A DNA stretch of 64,000 bases from Perna viridis (lineage: Eukaryota). Below, piece after piece: positions 40,873-53,577 of the stretch (positions are counted from its first letter, which is position 1; every line of letters begins with the position of its first letter). The stretch covers positions 62,130,862 through 62,194,861 of the forward strand of contig CM074511.1 of the NCBI GenBank assembly GCA_037379345.1, written 5' to 3'. The notes under the pieces were generated by a model. That model worked only from the letters and a program-made list of their open reading frames with translations. It made no database searches and was not told the DNA's origin. The position numbers and the translations under genes are program-made.

Positions 40873-43800
40873 CTTATTTAACAGTTTAGTCAATTTATTT
40901 GGTGAGTATTGAGCTTTCCGTGCATTGTGACGAATATTACCATAAAATAGAGGGTGGGAGATACCCGCATATATAAATCGTTTGCAAGTACATCTGTATT
41001 GGAGTAAGAGTTCCTTGTATCAGTTGAGATAAATTTTGAATGTGATATCAAAAACCCTGATGTAGTAAATTCTCGGTTATATAAAGATTTCTTCCGTTAA
41101 AATCCGGAACATTATTTCAAATACGAAGAAGTCGAACCAATTGTGATATGTAAACACCATATGATGTTGACAAGGGGATGTCACCATTTAAAAGAACGGA
41201 TAGTTAACAAAAGAGAATAAAAAATCGTCAATTCATAAAACGTAAGTTTTAGTATTGAGTTTACCATTATTGATACGAATACTAAGCTCAAGAGACGGAT
41301 CTTCTTTTTTATTAAGATTTGCTTTATTCAAAGAAAGTTATGTAAGTATAGATATTGAAGTCGTCAAAGGGGTCCCCATCCATTCAAGTCATGAATTGTA
41401 GCAATACAGAAAGAGGTCCTCAAAAAGTGGAACACAATTGATCGCCATGGAAATTCCAAAAACTTTTGACGATAAACGGTATCGCCACATCAAACTAAAA
41501 TGTGTCCAACAGGAATTCGAAGCGCTGTGGGCATTTCAAAAGAAGCCCAACTAACATAGTTCCCATGCTTTTCGTTACTAAGAGTGATTAGAAAGAATTC
41601 GAACAAATATATTCATATCCCAATTTATTAAAGAACCATTTGATAAGATATGCGAATTTTTACTAGTTACACAAAGAATGACAGGAAAATTTTGCAGTGT
41701 ATTTCACTTAATTTCTAAATTTTTTAAGTTTTCTTCAACATCAGCTTTTTCTGATGTCTGAATGTATTTCTGTTATAAAAAGCGTTAAAAGGGAGATGTA
41801 TCCTAATTATCATGCTAAGTACCTAATTCTTGTAATTAACTCCGAAATACGACAGATACATCGCCAATTGACAAATATTTATCTTCTTAATATTGGATAA
41901 TTAATCACTTACCTTCTATATTATTATTATGTTATGGAATGTCATCTGATTAGATTTATTATAGGCCATTTATTTCATTGGCGTACATACAACGCATATA
42001 CTTACTTACTTCACCCTGTATTTTTTTTTCGGATTTTCATGTGTCTTGACCAGTTTAAGGAAAAAAAGGAGAAGTCGCGAAGCCCACGATTGAAAATTTG
42101 CTCTAGCATTAAACTGACTCGCACGGAAACATCTTTAAAAACATAAAGTATTTTTTTCCTCTTTTCTGATTATATTTCCGATGAACATTTTCCCGTAAAT
42201 GATCTTCTCTTTGAAAAAGGGTTTTTGCCCGGGTAAATGCTTTTAATTTACCAATTTTTAGCTTTGTCAGTACCGAGATTGAAGGTAATGTCGAGTCTTA
42301 TTGTCAAAAGGCCTAACCGATATTTTAGAGATTAATTCAAATTCCGAGGTCAGCGACCTGTTAATAAGGTCAATACGGTTGTCCAAAGATTAAATTCCGA
42401 TAAGTTAAAGGCAAACATTCCTTGATCGAAAATGTTCATATGCTCACTTTAATAGAAAAATAATAAGAAAACTGTGTCATCATATCCAGATGTTTTCTAA
42501 AAAATGAATGATTCTCTTCACGTAGTACCCGGAATAAGAAGCATCTCCTAGATAATAGTTCGTGAAACGTTTATTCATTCTTTTCTATTTCCTTCACGCG
42601 ATGTCTATACTGGAAGGTCGCTGACCAAAGATTTGAGTAAGTCGATAAATCATGATTAAAACTGTGAAGAATAACATATGGCATTTGTATACTGATATCA
42701 GCTTGTATTCAATCGAAAGTCAGGTGTTTTGTAGACTTGTAGGTGTCTTTTGTTGTAATGCCGTAATATTTAGGACCTAACAAATATCATATGAATCAAT
42801 TAAAAGCTGGTGAACAAGACTGGTAGTCCATGGGCCAGATTACGAAGCCCCTCCAGAGGGATTTCTGCAGACCTACATAGGTTGAGAGATATGTACATTA
42901 ATTTAGAACATAAATCCGCCTGTATGCCAAAAAATAAATGCAGCGTTGACATGGAAACCAGGGTCTAAAAGGAGGGCACATGGTCATTTCTAAGTATTCG
43001 TCTTCGAAATATTTTGATTCCATCCAAGTAAAAAATATTGTTTTTGTTCATACAAGTGGCATCACAAGAAAGTTAAGATATTGATCTTTACTAAAAAGAT
43101 TAAGAAGTTGCTAACCATTTGAAAAATGGTATAAAACTCTAAATTTCTCACACACCCCTTTAAAAATCGACTAGTCGAGACCAAGCTAATGTATTTTAAA
43201 AAGTGAACACAAATGAATTGTTATGATTCATTTAGGACTAATTAAAATGTTTGAAGGGCAGAAAATGCCTTTGACCACAAAAAATATGAAAAATAGGTAA
43301 TTTTCTTATTTTTGCCAATTAAACGGTTTAGTTATTTATTATATAAATTACCTCCATTATTCATCGTTATTTTCAACATAAATTAAAATTTTTGTGAAAG
43401 GCGGATTGATATTCATGTTGTGACGTTTCGGTGGGAGAAAGCGCGGGAGTGGAATTACCGAATTTATTTCACAGTGTGAATTATCGAAAAAAATTACACT
43501 GGGAACATTCGGTAAATCACTGCTATCTATATAATAAAGGCATATATTATGGATACTGAATACTTGAAGCCTTCAAACACACATGAGAATGGAAAACGAA
43601 TGACAAAATCTCATTATTAGTGAACATTATGATCCGTATTTATATGTTTCAACTAAAAAATCTTTAAACGATAATGAAGTATCTCAAAATCAACTATTTT
43701 CCTTCTGAAATGATTATATTCACCACGTATAGCTTAAACCTCTTTCTTGACACGAGTATTTCCATTAAGTTTTTATGTGATATATTTTAAAACTATGATA

Positions 43801-46344
43801 TCCTCGAATCATCTGTCTTCTTCTACTGAAACTTTGAGTTACTGTTACAATATTCAAAATTACAAACGAAATGATATGTATAAGCAGGGTAGATCTACAC
43901 ACATGTGAAATATCTAATGTAAAGGTTACGTCATAATCATTACTAATTTCCCTCTTTTCGTAGATCAACACAAAATTTAAAAAAATGAATTTCATAAATT
44001 TGTTGTAAGTTACTATCGAAATATCAAAAAATCGAAAGTTTCATTTTATGTTAATGTAGCTATATATTGAATTGATTCATAAATATTTGGCCAAACCCTG
44101 AGCCTTCTGATTCGCATAAAACTGACCTTCAGTTCTTTTCCGCAAGGCAGATTCCATATTAGAATAACTAGTCCTTTTTAGAGGAAAAAAAACCTTGAAG
44201 CAAGTTTTTTGAAGGTTTCCATGCTACCAATTGATAAAACAGCAGTACAACGATTTGAAAATTTTATCATTAACTGAAAATGTATTGTTGTATTTGAAAA
44301 AAATGGCCTATAAATCTATCAAAAAGTACGAGTAAACAATATTCTTCTGACTTCTGACACACACATAAAACTGTAGTCCACACGAATCAATTAAGCTTTT
44401 TATGTGAACAAAAGTGCTAAGGATGATGATATTCATACCAAATCTTTGTTTTTTTTTTCAATTGTTTAAATGGTTTTCACCTTAAGGAAACAAATTGACA
44501 AAACTAAAATCCCCTCCATCACACTGGAATCTCCGATAATCATGGTTTTCGCAAATCAGTAATCGCCATTTGGACCTAGTTTTAATGATTGCTTGATTAA
44601 ACAAGCAAAATGACAGGTGCTCATTGATAAGCAAGGTATGAATTAAAATATTTAGAATAATTTACAGACGTTCCTAAGTGAAATATACTGTCGTTAATCT
44701 CGTTAATCTTGCTTTTTTACCCCCAGAGTTTTGCAAGCAATTGATGTAACTTTCAATCGATCCAACTTCTGAAAAAAAACTTAATACATTTCATTTTACT
44801 ATGGAGTACTGGATAGTTTGTTACGTAAGGTTTTACCGGTTGTGACATTCTAAAAATTCATGACTTAGTTATTTGACAGATTTCGTGTGCTTAGAGTCCT
44901 TAACTTCCATTTGATATCGAAATTGCCGCAAATTTGCCGTAAAAATTGACATTTAGAACCATATAAGTCGCAATAAAGTTTACAATATTTGCGGGAAAGC
45001 GATCTCATAAATTGTTATAATCTGATATTACTATAAATTCATTTTATTCGTTTGTTTGGTATTTAGACGATTCGATCAATTAATAAACAAAACCACTATG
45101 TGTCAAGGGATTATATTTTATTTGTAACCTTCTGACGACTGGTCTCCTGCGTGAGCAACATTAATGAGTACAAGATTCCCAGAGTGTCGTGTTCTAATAC
45201 CATTAGAGATCACAAACTGTCAAGAAATGAAAGAATTGTACGAAATAAACAATAATTATACATTTCATCACTAATTAATTTTATGTGCCTTTGGATAAGG
45301 GGAGAATAAACGTGCATATATTTCTAATTAATTTCGTATCATGTGATTTTCCGACAGAGTTCGATTAATTTCTCACCTAAATTCTCTTCGACAGACATAT
45401 TTACCCAATATTCCGTTTTAATTATTTGAAATAAATGCAGGAACTCGGTTCTGGCAATCATTTTATCATATCAAAATATCCATCAATCTTAATCGTTGAC
45501 AAAACTTTTCAGCCATTGGCATATTCGTGATAAACACAACAGTTATGTAATATTACTTTTTTTTTAAATCTGTGCCTTACACGATAACATTTTTATAATT
45601 CATGAAATTATGAAACAAAGAAAACGACGACTAGAAAGGTATTAATTAAATGAAAAACTTGATGAAATGCCTTTTTCGTTACATGTACAGGTAATTTTTG
45701 GTTAATAACTGCTTGAATGATACAAAATGCACCAGCAGCAATCAGTGACGACAGATTTAGGTACCTCTACAGTTGCCGTTTATCAGTGCTTCAATTTTGA
45801 CGTGTATACAAGTTTTGCATATAGTAGATGAGACACGTACAAAGACTTGTAGGTCTCATTTTCGATTTATTTTTGGCCCGGATTTTTTTCTGTTGGAAGC
45901 ATTCAAAACCGAAGACAGATTTGTATTTTGTCTTCCGAGTACATCAATATAATGATTGTCAGAATCTTCTCTTTTGTATTATGAACAAACTTCTTTTTAT
46001 AGTTTAGAAATAGTTAAGTGGCATATTTCAATCATCGTGTTTATGCATTAGCGATTGTATTGATAGTTGTACGAATTTGTCAAAATACAATTAACAAAAA
46101 CATAGAATTCATAAGGATCAAAAAGTTGATTACAAATGATTTTTTAGGAAAAAATAATGCCTTTTTGATTGAAATATTAACCGAATCTCCTCAGTCAAAA
46201 CGCATATTATGCTGCATATATTTCTCCTCCATTTAAATCTAATAGGAAAGTACGTGATATAATTATCTGTATTTACTTTAGGTCACCGGACCGATCCGTG
46301 ACTTAGTAATTTAACGTCAAATGATAGACGTGCAATGAGACTTG

Positions 46345-46590
46345 CGTTGTTTAGTATTATACCAATAACATGAGCCGAAAATGTGCTAGCTAGCTCACAG
46401 AAGTAACGGTTCACATGAAAGTTTGTCTTTCCACTCTTTACTCCGTGCAACCTTTACGACTTTGCTAATTGACTGATTGACTCAGATAAATGGGCTAAAA
46501 ATTAGAAGTTTTAGTATGACTTGGTCGTGGATCGAAAACATGACCTCCTGCACTACAGGTGAGCATGCTACCGCGAGAACACCATGACGA
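46345..46590 (-). mobile_element. Old tRNA-derived SINE remnant
   Basis: The minus strand reads GGTAGCATGCTCACCTGTAGTGCAGGAGGTCATGTTTTCGATCC, a degenerate tRNA head with a B-box, followed by a SINE-like body. Confidence 0.5.
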
Positions 46591-46738
46591 TCCTGTCTGT
46601 TTTAAGAGTCAAGATTGAAACCTTCCGGCCCTATATGTACAGTACAACTGTATATTGGTACTAAGACATTATGTTTTGATAATTTGTTATACAAGTGAAA
46701 AAAGTGGAGGATTCAAAATACAAAAAAATACAAGCTTC

Positions 46739-47931
46739 AAGTCAGCCTCATATCTTGACCTACACTTAGAAATCGATGGTAAAAGAAAACTATAGACCAA
46801 ACTTTACAACAAACGTGATGACTTTTTATTCAGAATTGTAAACTTCCCTTTCATCTGTGGCAACATCCCTTCGGCTCCTGCGTATGGAGTGTTCATATCA
46901 CAACTCATACATTATGCAAGAGCTTGCCGAAACTACGCAGACTTTTTGTATCGCGCTTGTTTGTTTGTTTGTTGGGGTTTAACGTCCGAGCAGCAATATT
47001 TCAGCTATATTCAGACGATGAACATGAAATTGATGATAAAATGAACATGAAATGATGATGAAATGAAACAGGGAAGGGACACAAGGACAATGAGGTCGAC
47101 AAATTTTGATTGCCACTGGAAATAGGGACAGGTGGGTAGGGTCGGGCAATTTAGCCTCCTGTGGCGGAGGCCTATGGTTCCTACTCCGGGAGAATACCAC
47201 AGTAAGGTTCTTTAACGTGCGAGGAACGTGGCATCTTTCCCAACACGGTGCACCACTATGGTTTGCGGTCAGGTTTTCCGTATTATAGCCTGACAACCCC
47301 AGCATGTAACACGCCAGAGGTATCCCATTCAACCATCTGGGGCACACATCCCAGTTGCTCTGTGGACAAAGCGCCCTAGCCCCCTGCTAGGGTTCTGAGC
47401 ACCATTTAGTCGCCTTTTACAACAAGCTTAGCGCTGCTGCAGGCCTATTCTTTTAACACCCGGACCTGCACGGGGATTGTATCGCGCTAGACGCGCTAGA
47501 ACTCTAACAAATAGGCTTCTGGAACAGGGTTATGTTGCAACAAGATTGATGTCATCACTACAGAAATTTTATGGTCGTCATCATGAACTCGTGGATCGTA
47601 ATGGTGTATCCATCAGCACCATGAAAACTGATTTATTCAACGGGTCATGGTTTTCCTTTCCTCGTTTGTCTACCCCGGACTTGACTTTTTATGAACAACT
47701 CGGCGGGTGTTTCTAGAAAAGCAGAGGACGCTTACCCTACCGGTGCACCTGGTCCATGCTCCCAGTTTTTGGTGGAGTCCGAGTTGCTCATTTACTTTTG
47801 TTACTTTGTATGTATGATTTTAGTTATTTTATGTTCTTTGTTGTTGTGTATGTCTGTTTTCCATGTCTGGTCTTTGTCCCTGGATTACATTCTTTTGATT
47901 ACCGCTATAACCTTGGTTCCCTTGATTACTC
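46739..47931 (+). mobile_element. Naiad-type PLE 3' portion (RT thumb and intact 3' UTR), split by a SINE
   Basis: KSASYLDLHLEIDG...ACRNYADFLYRA | RTLTNRLLEQGY...MKTDLFNGS, collinear with the reverse complement of 1142-1715. Confidence 0.9.
46958..47476 (-). mobile_element. Full-length non-tRNA SINE-like element, copy A (519 bp)
   Basis: Perfect 12-bp TSD TTGTATCGCGCT (46946-46957, 47477-47488), (CAAA)n tail, no credible ORF. Confidence 0.92.
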
Positions 47932-49906
47932 TTCCAATAGCCGCATGCAACTCAAATTAAATGAATGTTTTATAAGTTATAAATCCTTTTTTTCTTTGAC
48001 AATGGCGCTTCATATATTGACTTTGGAATAATGATAAATCTTACTTTTAAGGTCAGGCATGGTAAAAAGTGATATAACCGTCTTGCTTTTATGGAAAGAA
48101 TTTCAAGCGTTGAAACATAGAACCAGAAACATTTACTCTTGTTTCACTTGCACCTGCAAATCCATTAGCAAGAATTCAAACGCTGTAGATTAACAATCTC
48201 CGTGTAGTGAATTTCTGTATTTATGGGAAGCAGAGCCGTATTGATGTCAATTTCTTCCTCCAGGAAACACTGAAACCGATAAATGCATTGTTCAAATTTG
48301 GTTTCTCTGTTGTAAACAATACCAGCTATAATGTTCAGACTCAGAACAAAATCAATTAAGCTGGTAAAATAAATACCAGCTGATTATTTAGAATTAAAAA
48401 TGCAAATGGTATTAGATATTTTTATATTCTAAAACAGAATTTCTTTGAATGCAATTCTAAGTCTCCGTGGTAACGTATTGTATTCTAGTCTTTGATTGAT
48501 ATGGAGTTTTCATGTATGAAAAGTGTGCTTTTATCTTTCAACAACAAAGACTTCTGGCATACTTTAGATATACCATGACAACAAAAGAGTACTCTCCTAT
48601 AAGTGGGCTTACCAGGCAAGCACATAAAATTGTTTTCATAAAAACATAGCATAGATTATCAAATCATTTGGTATAGAAATATTGTATGAACATTGGAACG
48701 TATCTTTATATTGGAATCAAGTGCTTTAGACATAACAGGTTGTGGCTTGTATATCCGCTCTTAAAATAAAATAAGAAACCGTGAAACCGCTGCAAAATGC
48801 TATTTTAACCTTTAGTATTAGTATCGTGTTTTGTTTGTTTTTGTTTGTCGTTTTAACCGTCAGTACATTAAAATACTGTAGTTGGTCTTCTTTAATATTA
48901 TTTGTTTTCTTTATGTTCATTGTTTGTTTGGTTGTTAGTTGATTTCTTTTCTTACTGATAATTGTTCAAATAAAATACACCACAAACAAGTTTGAATAGC
49001 TTAACGATTATATTCCAAATGGTTTACACCACCTGTAGAATTGGTAATATGCCTATACACAGCTTTCCAGCTAAATCAGTTCATCGCCATATATAGACAA
49101 AACATAGATATCTGGAAGTAATAGGATTCTTCTATAGAAAAATATACCACCAGTGATTTGATGTTGTAAGTCTGTCACAGATAAAACGACTGGTTTATCG
49201 ATTTTTCCTCTTTCTTCAGCTGTGTGACATTTTTTCCCGTTCTAATGATAATATAATGAAGTTAGTTATATCAGGTTGGATTGTGTCCATGACCACCTGA
49301 ATTATTTCTATGCTTTAATTTCACTTTCCATGATTGCTTTAAATGACACTCACAAATTCAATCGATTTTCAAACGAACTTCTGTTTTAAATTAGTTAACA
49401 ATGGGTGTTGTGGTTGCTAAGGAAATATACATTTTATACACAGCTTCGCTGTTAATGAATTTGTTCTGATTCGGGTCCAATATTATCGGTAGTTCGTTAT
49501 TACCTCAGAAAAAAAGCGAAGCAATTTACGGTTACTTTCAATCAGGTGATATCTGTAAATTGATCATTATCTTTTTGGCACTTAGTTTCGTTTCTACGTT
49601 TTTTCAGGTGAAAAAGTAATATACTAATTTTCGATGAAGTTCTTAATAGTTTGGAGTGGTGCCTTAGTTTTAAATTGTAGCTTTACTTGTAAGCTTTTTC
49701 TGAATCTTGCCAAATAATCGTCGACATTTTAAGTAATTGTTGAATATTGAAATCTTGGTAAAAATACTTATCAACGTTAACTATAGAGCACACCATATTG
49801 GACACTTAAATTGATAGTTTATTTGAACTTTTTATTTTGTCGAAGTAGTTTCGGTTCTGTACAGGATTATCTTGTCTGCTCTATACATGGAATCTTTTTC
49901 AACACT

Positions 49907-50047
49907 TTGCTCATGTACGTTTGTTACTTTGTATTATTTTGGTTAATTTATGTTCTTTGTTTTCCTTGTCGGTTTTCCATGTCTGGTCTTTGTCCCTGGA
50001 TTATATTCTTTTGATTTCCACTCGAATCCTGGTTCTCTTCATTACTC
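49907..50047 (+). mobile_element. Naiad-type PLE extreme 3' fragment
   Basis: Runs from TTGCTCAT to ATTACTC; a diverged copy. Confidence 0.75.
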
Positions 50048-53000
50048 TGCATCAATCGTCGAATGTCGTCGTCTTAGAAAATCTGCTATACCATTGCGTT
50101 GTTGTTGCTATATTTGGCCAGATGCACCGTGGATGTGTTTACTTCAAAAAAGTGTTGATTATAACGATAAGGCGTAATGCAATGCTATTTTTTTTATCAC
50201 TTATGAAGGGTATAATTCCCTGTCGATACTTTCGATAGAGTAAAGTAAAGGTGACCTACCTACTTCAGTCGAAGTCGAAGTCGTCCGACAGTTCCTTTTT
50301 AAAGGCCGTGTATGATCTGCTATAACCATGAAAACCGTATCGGAAATAGATAAACTTTCAGCTGATGAAAAGTATTAATTGGGTTTTAACAAAGTGATTG
50401 CCCTTGACGACTACATAAAATGTATTGATGTTTTAGCTTCTATTTGTAAACCATAAGTAGATAGGAAGAAAATCAGTGAATTTATCCTAGTGACAAGGCT
50501 TATCTTTGTTGTCCATTTTTTACAACTCCATATAAAAGTGGTAGCCCCCATTTTTTTTTTCTTTAAATTTCTATCTTGAAGGCATGATAGATGTAAAGAA
50601 ATGTTCAGCAGATAAAATAACCCTTACAACAAGGTTCAAATTCTACTTTGATCAATCTTATATCAAAGTAGTTACAGTTGGGAAATCACCGTCATGTGGA
50701 ATTGTTTATCATAGTTTGTTTTCGTGATTTTATATTATTTTATTTGGTATAAATTGTGTACATAGTGAACGGTATCGGCCTTTTTCTGTATATCACGTTT
50801 TGCAACACTACAGTAAACAAAGTTGAAATGAAAAATTCCTTTTAGCACTTGATCTAAAACCAGTCGTATAAGCTGCAGAATACGTCGAATTATTTAATGC
50901 AAGATACATATAGAAGCTTAAGTTTTACGGTCGTGTAAGCAAGGATTTACTGTATCATTAATGGCTTGTCCATGACTAAAAGCTTTTAGTGGTAAACCAT
51001 TATCGGGTTCCATTAATAGCATTATTCATTTGACTTTGTTTTTTTCTGGTATCACACAAGATACACCAAAAATACAAGGCATTGTATTATATATAGTAAG
51101 AGAATGGTACTAGAATTTAAAGCCGGATAATTTAGAATAAAAAATTATCACTACAGGAGGAATTCATAAGAGGATAACTGTGTACAGAAGTTATTGCCTA
51201 TGAATAAAGTTTTTGTTGCAAAAATATTTTACAGCAGTCCATTGCCTTCTCATTTCTCTTCATCATGACGTTCTTCATCATGACGTTATATTCCTTTTTA
51301 CTTTAAGTTTACTGCTCATTACGCCATCCCGTTGTCGTTTGTTCTTGGCAATATTTTTTTGTTTTCGTTTTCGCTGTCTTTCATCATGTGTCCAGAATAG
51401 GGCTGCCCGATACTTTCACTGATCTGTCCCAAATACATGGCCTATCTATAGCCAGCTATTATAAGCGTGTCTGTCTTAAAGGTAATATCGTCAGAGAGAA
51501 GTTGTTTGTGTGATCTTAAAAGGCCACAAATTATCCTGAATAGCTGTTTGTGTTGAAAGCTGAGCTTTTTTGTTGGTCAAGATTTGTCACGTACCAATAA
51601 TAAGGGTTATACAATAATCACTCAAATGATGTAATTAAAAGTTTAAGTTTAGTTTGGCCAGAATTCCTGCTGTATTCAGCTCTGGCTGATATCAGTTTTT
51701 GCTCTCTGCTCAGTTTAGACAGTGATTCTGATGTATGTCAAGACTTAATACTCAATACAATCAGAAAGAGGTGTAGTTTGTGCTGTCTAAAACCGTATTA
51801 GTACTATAAATATGATGTTCACAGGAAGATCTTGTTGGACTGGGAATTTTTTTCTTACTTTATTGTATAGTATTTCGTCATTATTTTGTAATTTCTGTTT
51901 ATCAGTGTATGTTTCTTTGATATAATGTTTTGTCTTTATATCTCCTGTTATCATCTGATGGTCAACTCCTCTCTATTCTGTCATTATATATGATGTTGTT
52001 GATAAAGAGGTGGTCTGTCTAATTTTGTCTCTTCGATTAATTGAGTACCAAGTTTGTTTCTGGATACATCGTGCCTCCCACGACTAGATTTTTGTAGAGC
52101 AGAGACCATAAGCCTTTCTCCTTTCTCATTCCTTGCACCACATCCTTGTTTTTCTTGTATGTGTTTGAAGTCCTTGTTCCTACATTTGATGTTCGATCTC
52201 CTGTTATTGTCTTTGTGTCATATTTAGATGTTTTGTTGAATTCATACAAAGATACATATGGAAACATGGCATTCAATCGAAATTGAAAGCTATTGGTGTT
52301 TATTTATCTTATAAAATAAACTATATATACATATACAAGCAGCATAGAAGTCTCCAAGTTATTACTTGGGATGATTTAAAGCAGCTACTAGTGCTTGTAC
52401 AATATTGGTGTTTGTCAGTTCACTTTTGAAAAGAAAGTCTGGATACGCCAAAACTTTGAACACAATAAAGTGTTGTTGGGGAAATGCCAATATGGCACTC
52501 TAATCAATCTTTTTTTCCCAACGAATTAAGTTTGGCTAGCCTTATGTAATATCGAAACTGTGCGCCCTTGACAAAGATACAGATGCATGTTTTGAGATCA
52601 TTACAAGATCAATGTGTATTTGTCCATTGATCTTCATTTATTTATTTGTGGGTATCAATTTTGTTCTGAGCTGATGTTGATATGATTGATTTTCTGGAAA
52701 TAACAAGTATAACGCATAATACTTATTGTTTATATTTTGGTATCCCAGATTGATCTGTATTTCTTCGATGTCTCAAATTTGGGAACGCGAAATTACTTCT
52801 ATGGTTTTATAAATATCATGTAACTACGCTCCTCTCCATAACTAAACAGAATTACCAACCCTTTAACATCGGATGATTGCCGTCTTAATTCAAATTTGCT
52901 ATTTAATTTTGAAATACGTATTATTCACATTTTTCTGTAGTACTTTTTATATACAGATATTGTGTGTTAAACTGCATCTAAAGTATATAAACTGTACATT

Positions 53001-53378
53001 TTGAATTGCTGACATTATCAACAAGTTTTGAGAAGTTGTTGGTACATTAGATATTGATGAATAATTCAAACCTAATTAGCATATGTCTTTTTTCTTGCAT
53101 TATGGTTGGTTGTTCACTTTTAACGACCTCCGCGATGAATGTATTTACAATTGTGAATTCCATGTACATATCGTAAACAACATGTCTACCATCGCTTCTA
53201 CAAAAGATAGAGCCGTTTAAAGGCTTAAAACAGTATTATCTGCTTTATTCCATTCATTTTTCGGCATCGTGTATTCGTTACTATAACTTTTTTCAGTAGC
53301 CCGTAAATACTTTCAATATTGAAATGAACAACAATGTCACGTTGTTTACAATATATTTCAGATAGTTAGGGTTTGGAA

Positions 53379-53577
53379 TTATTATGATTAAACACTGTTT
53401 TTCAAGAATTTACCGATGTGTAAAATTGGACCATTTACTCACGAAACAAATAAAAGTCCGAAGGACATTTATGGATGTGTAAAATTTGACCATTCACTCA
53501 CAAAACAAATTTATTGAGTGAATGGTCCATTTTTTTACATCGATAAATTCTTGAAAAACAGTGTTTAATCCTATAAT
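53379..53577. mobile_element. MITE with ~60-bp TIRs and an internal partial duplication
   Basis: GATTAAACACTGTTTTTCAAGAATTTA...CCATTTACTCA is inverted at about 53515-53570. GATGTGTAAAATT.GACCATT.ACTCAC occurs twice in direct orientation. Confidence 0.8.

Noticed and set aside
46979-47347. 122-aa ORF shared in part by both SINE copies
   Set aside because: The two copies diverge by frameshift in the 3' half. The ORF reflects the higher GC content of the repeat.
51400-52300. Purine-skewed minus-strand stretch resembling a LINE ORF1 remnant
   Set aside because: The similarity is too weak to support by eye and needs BLASTX.
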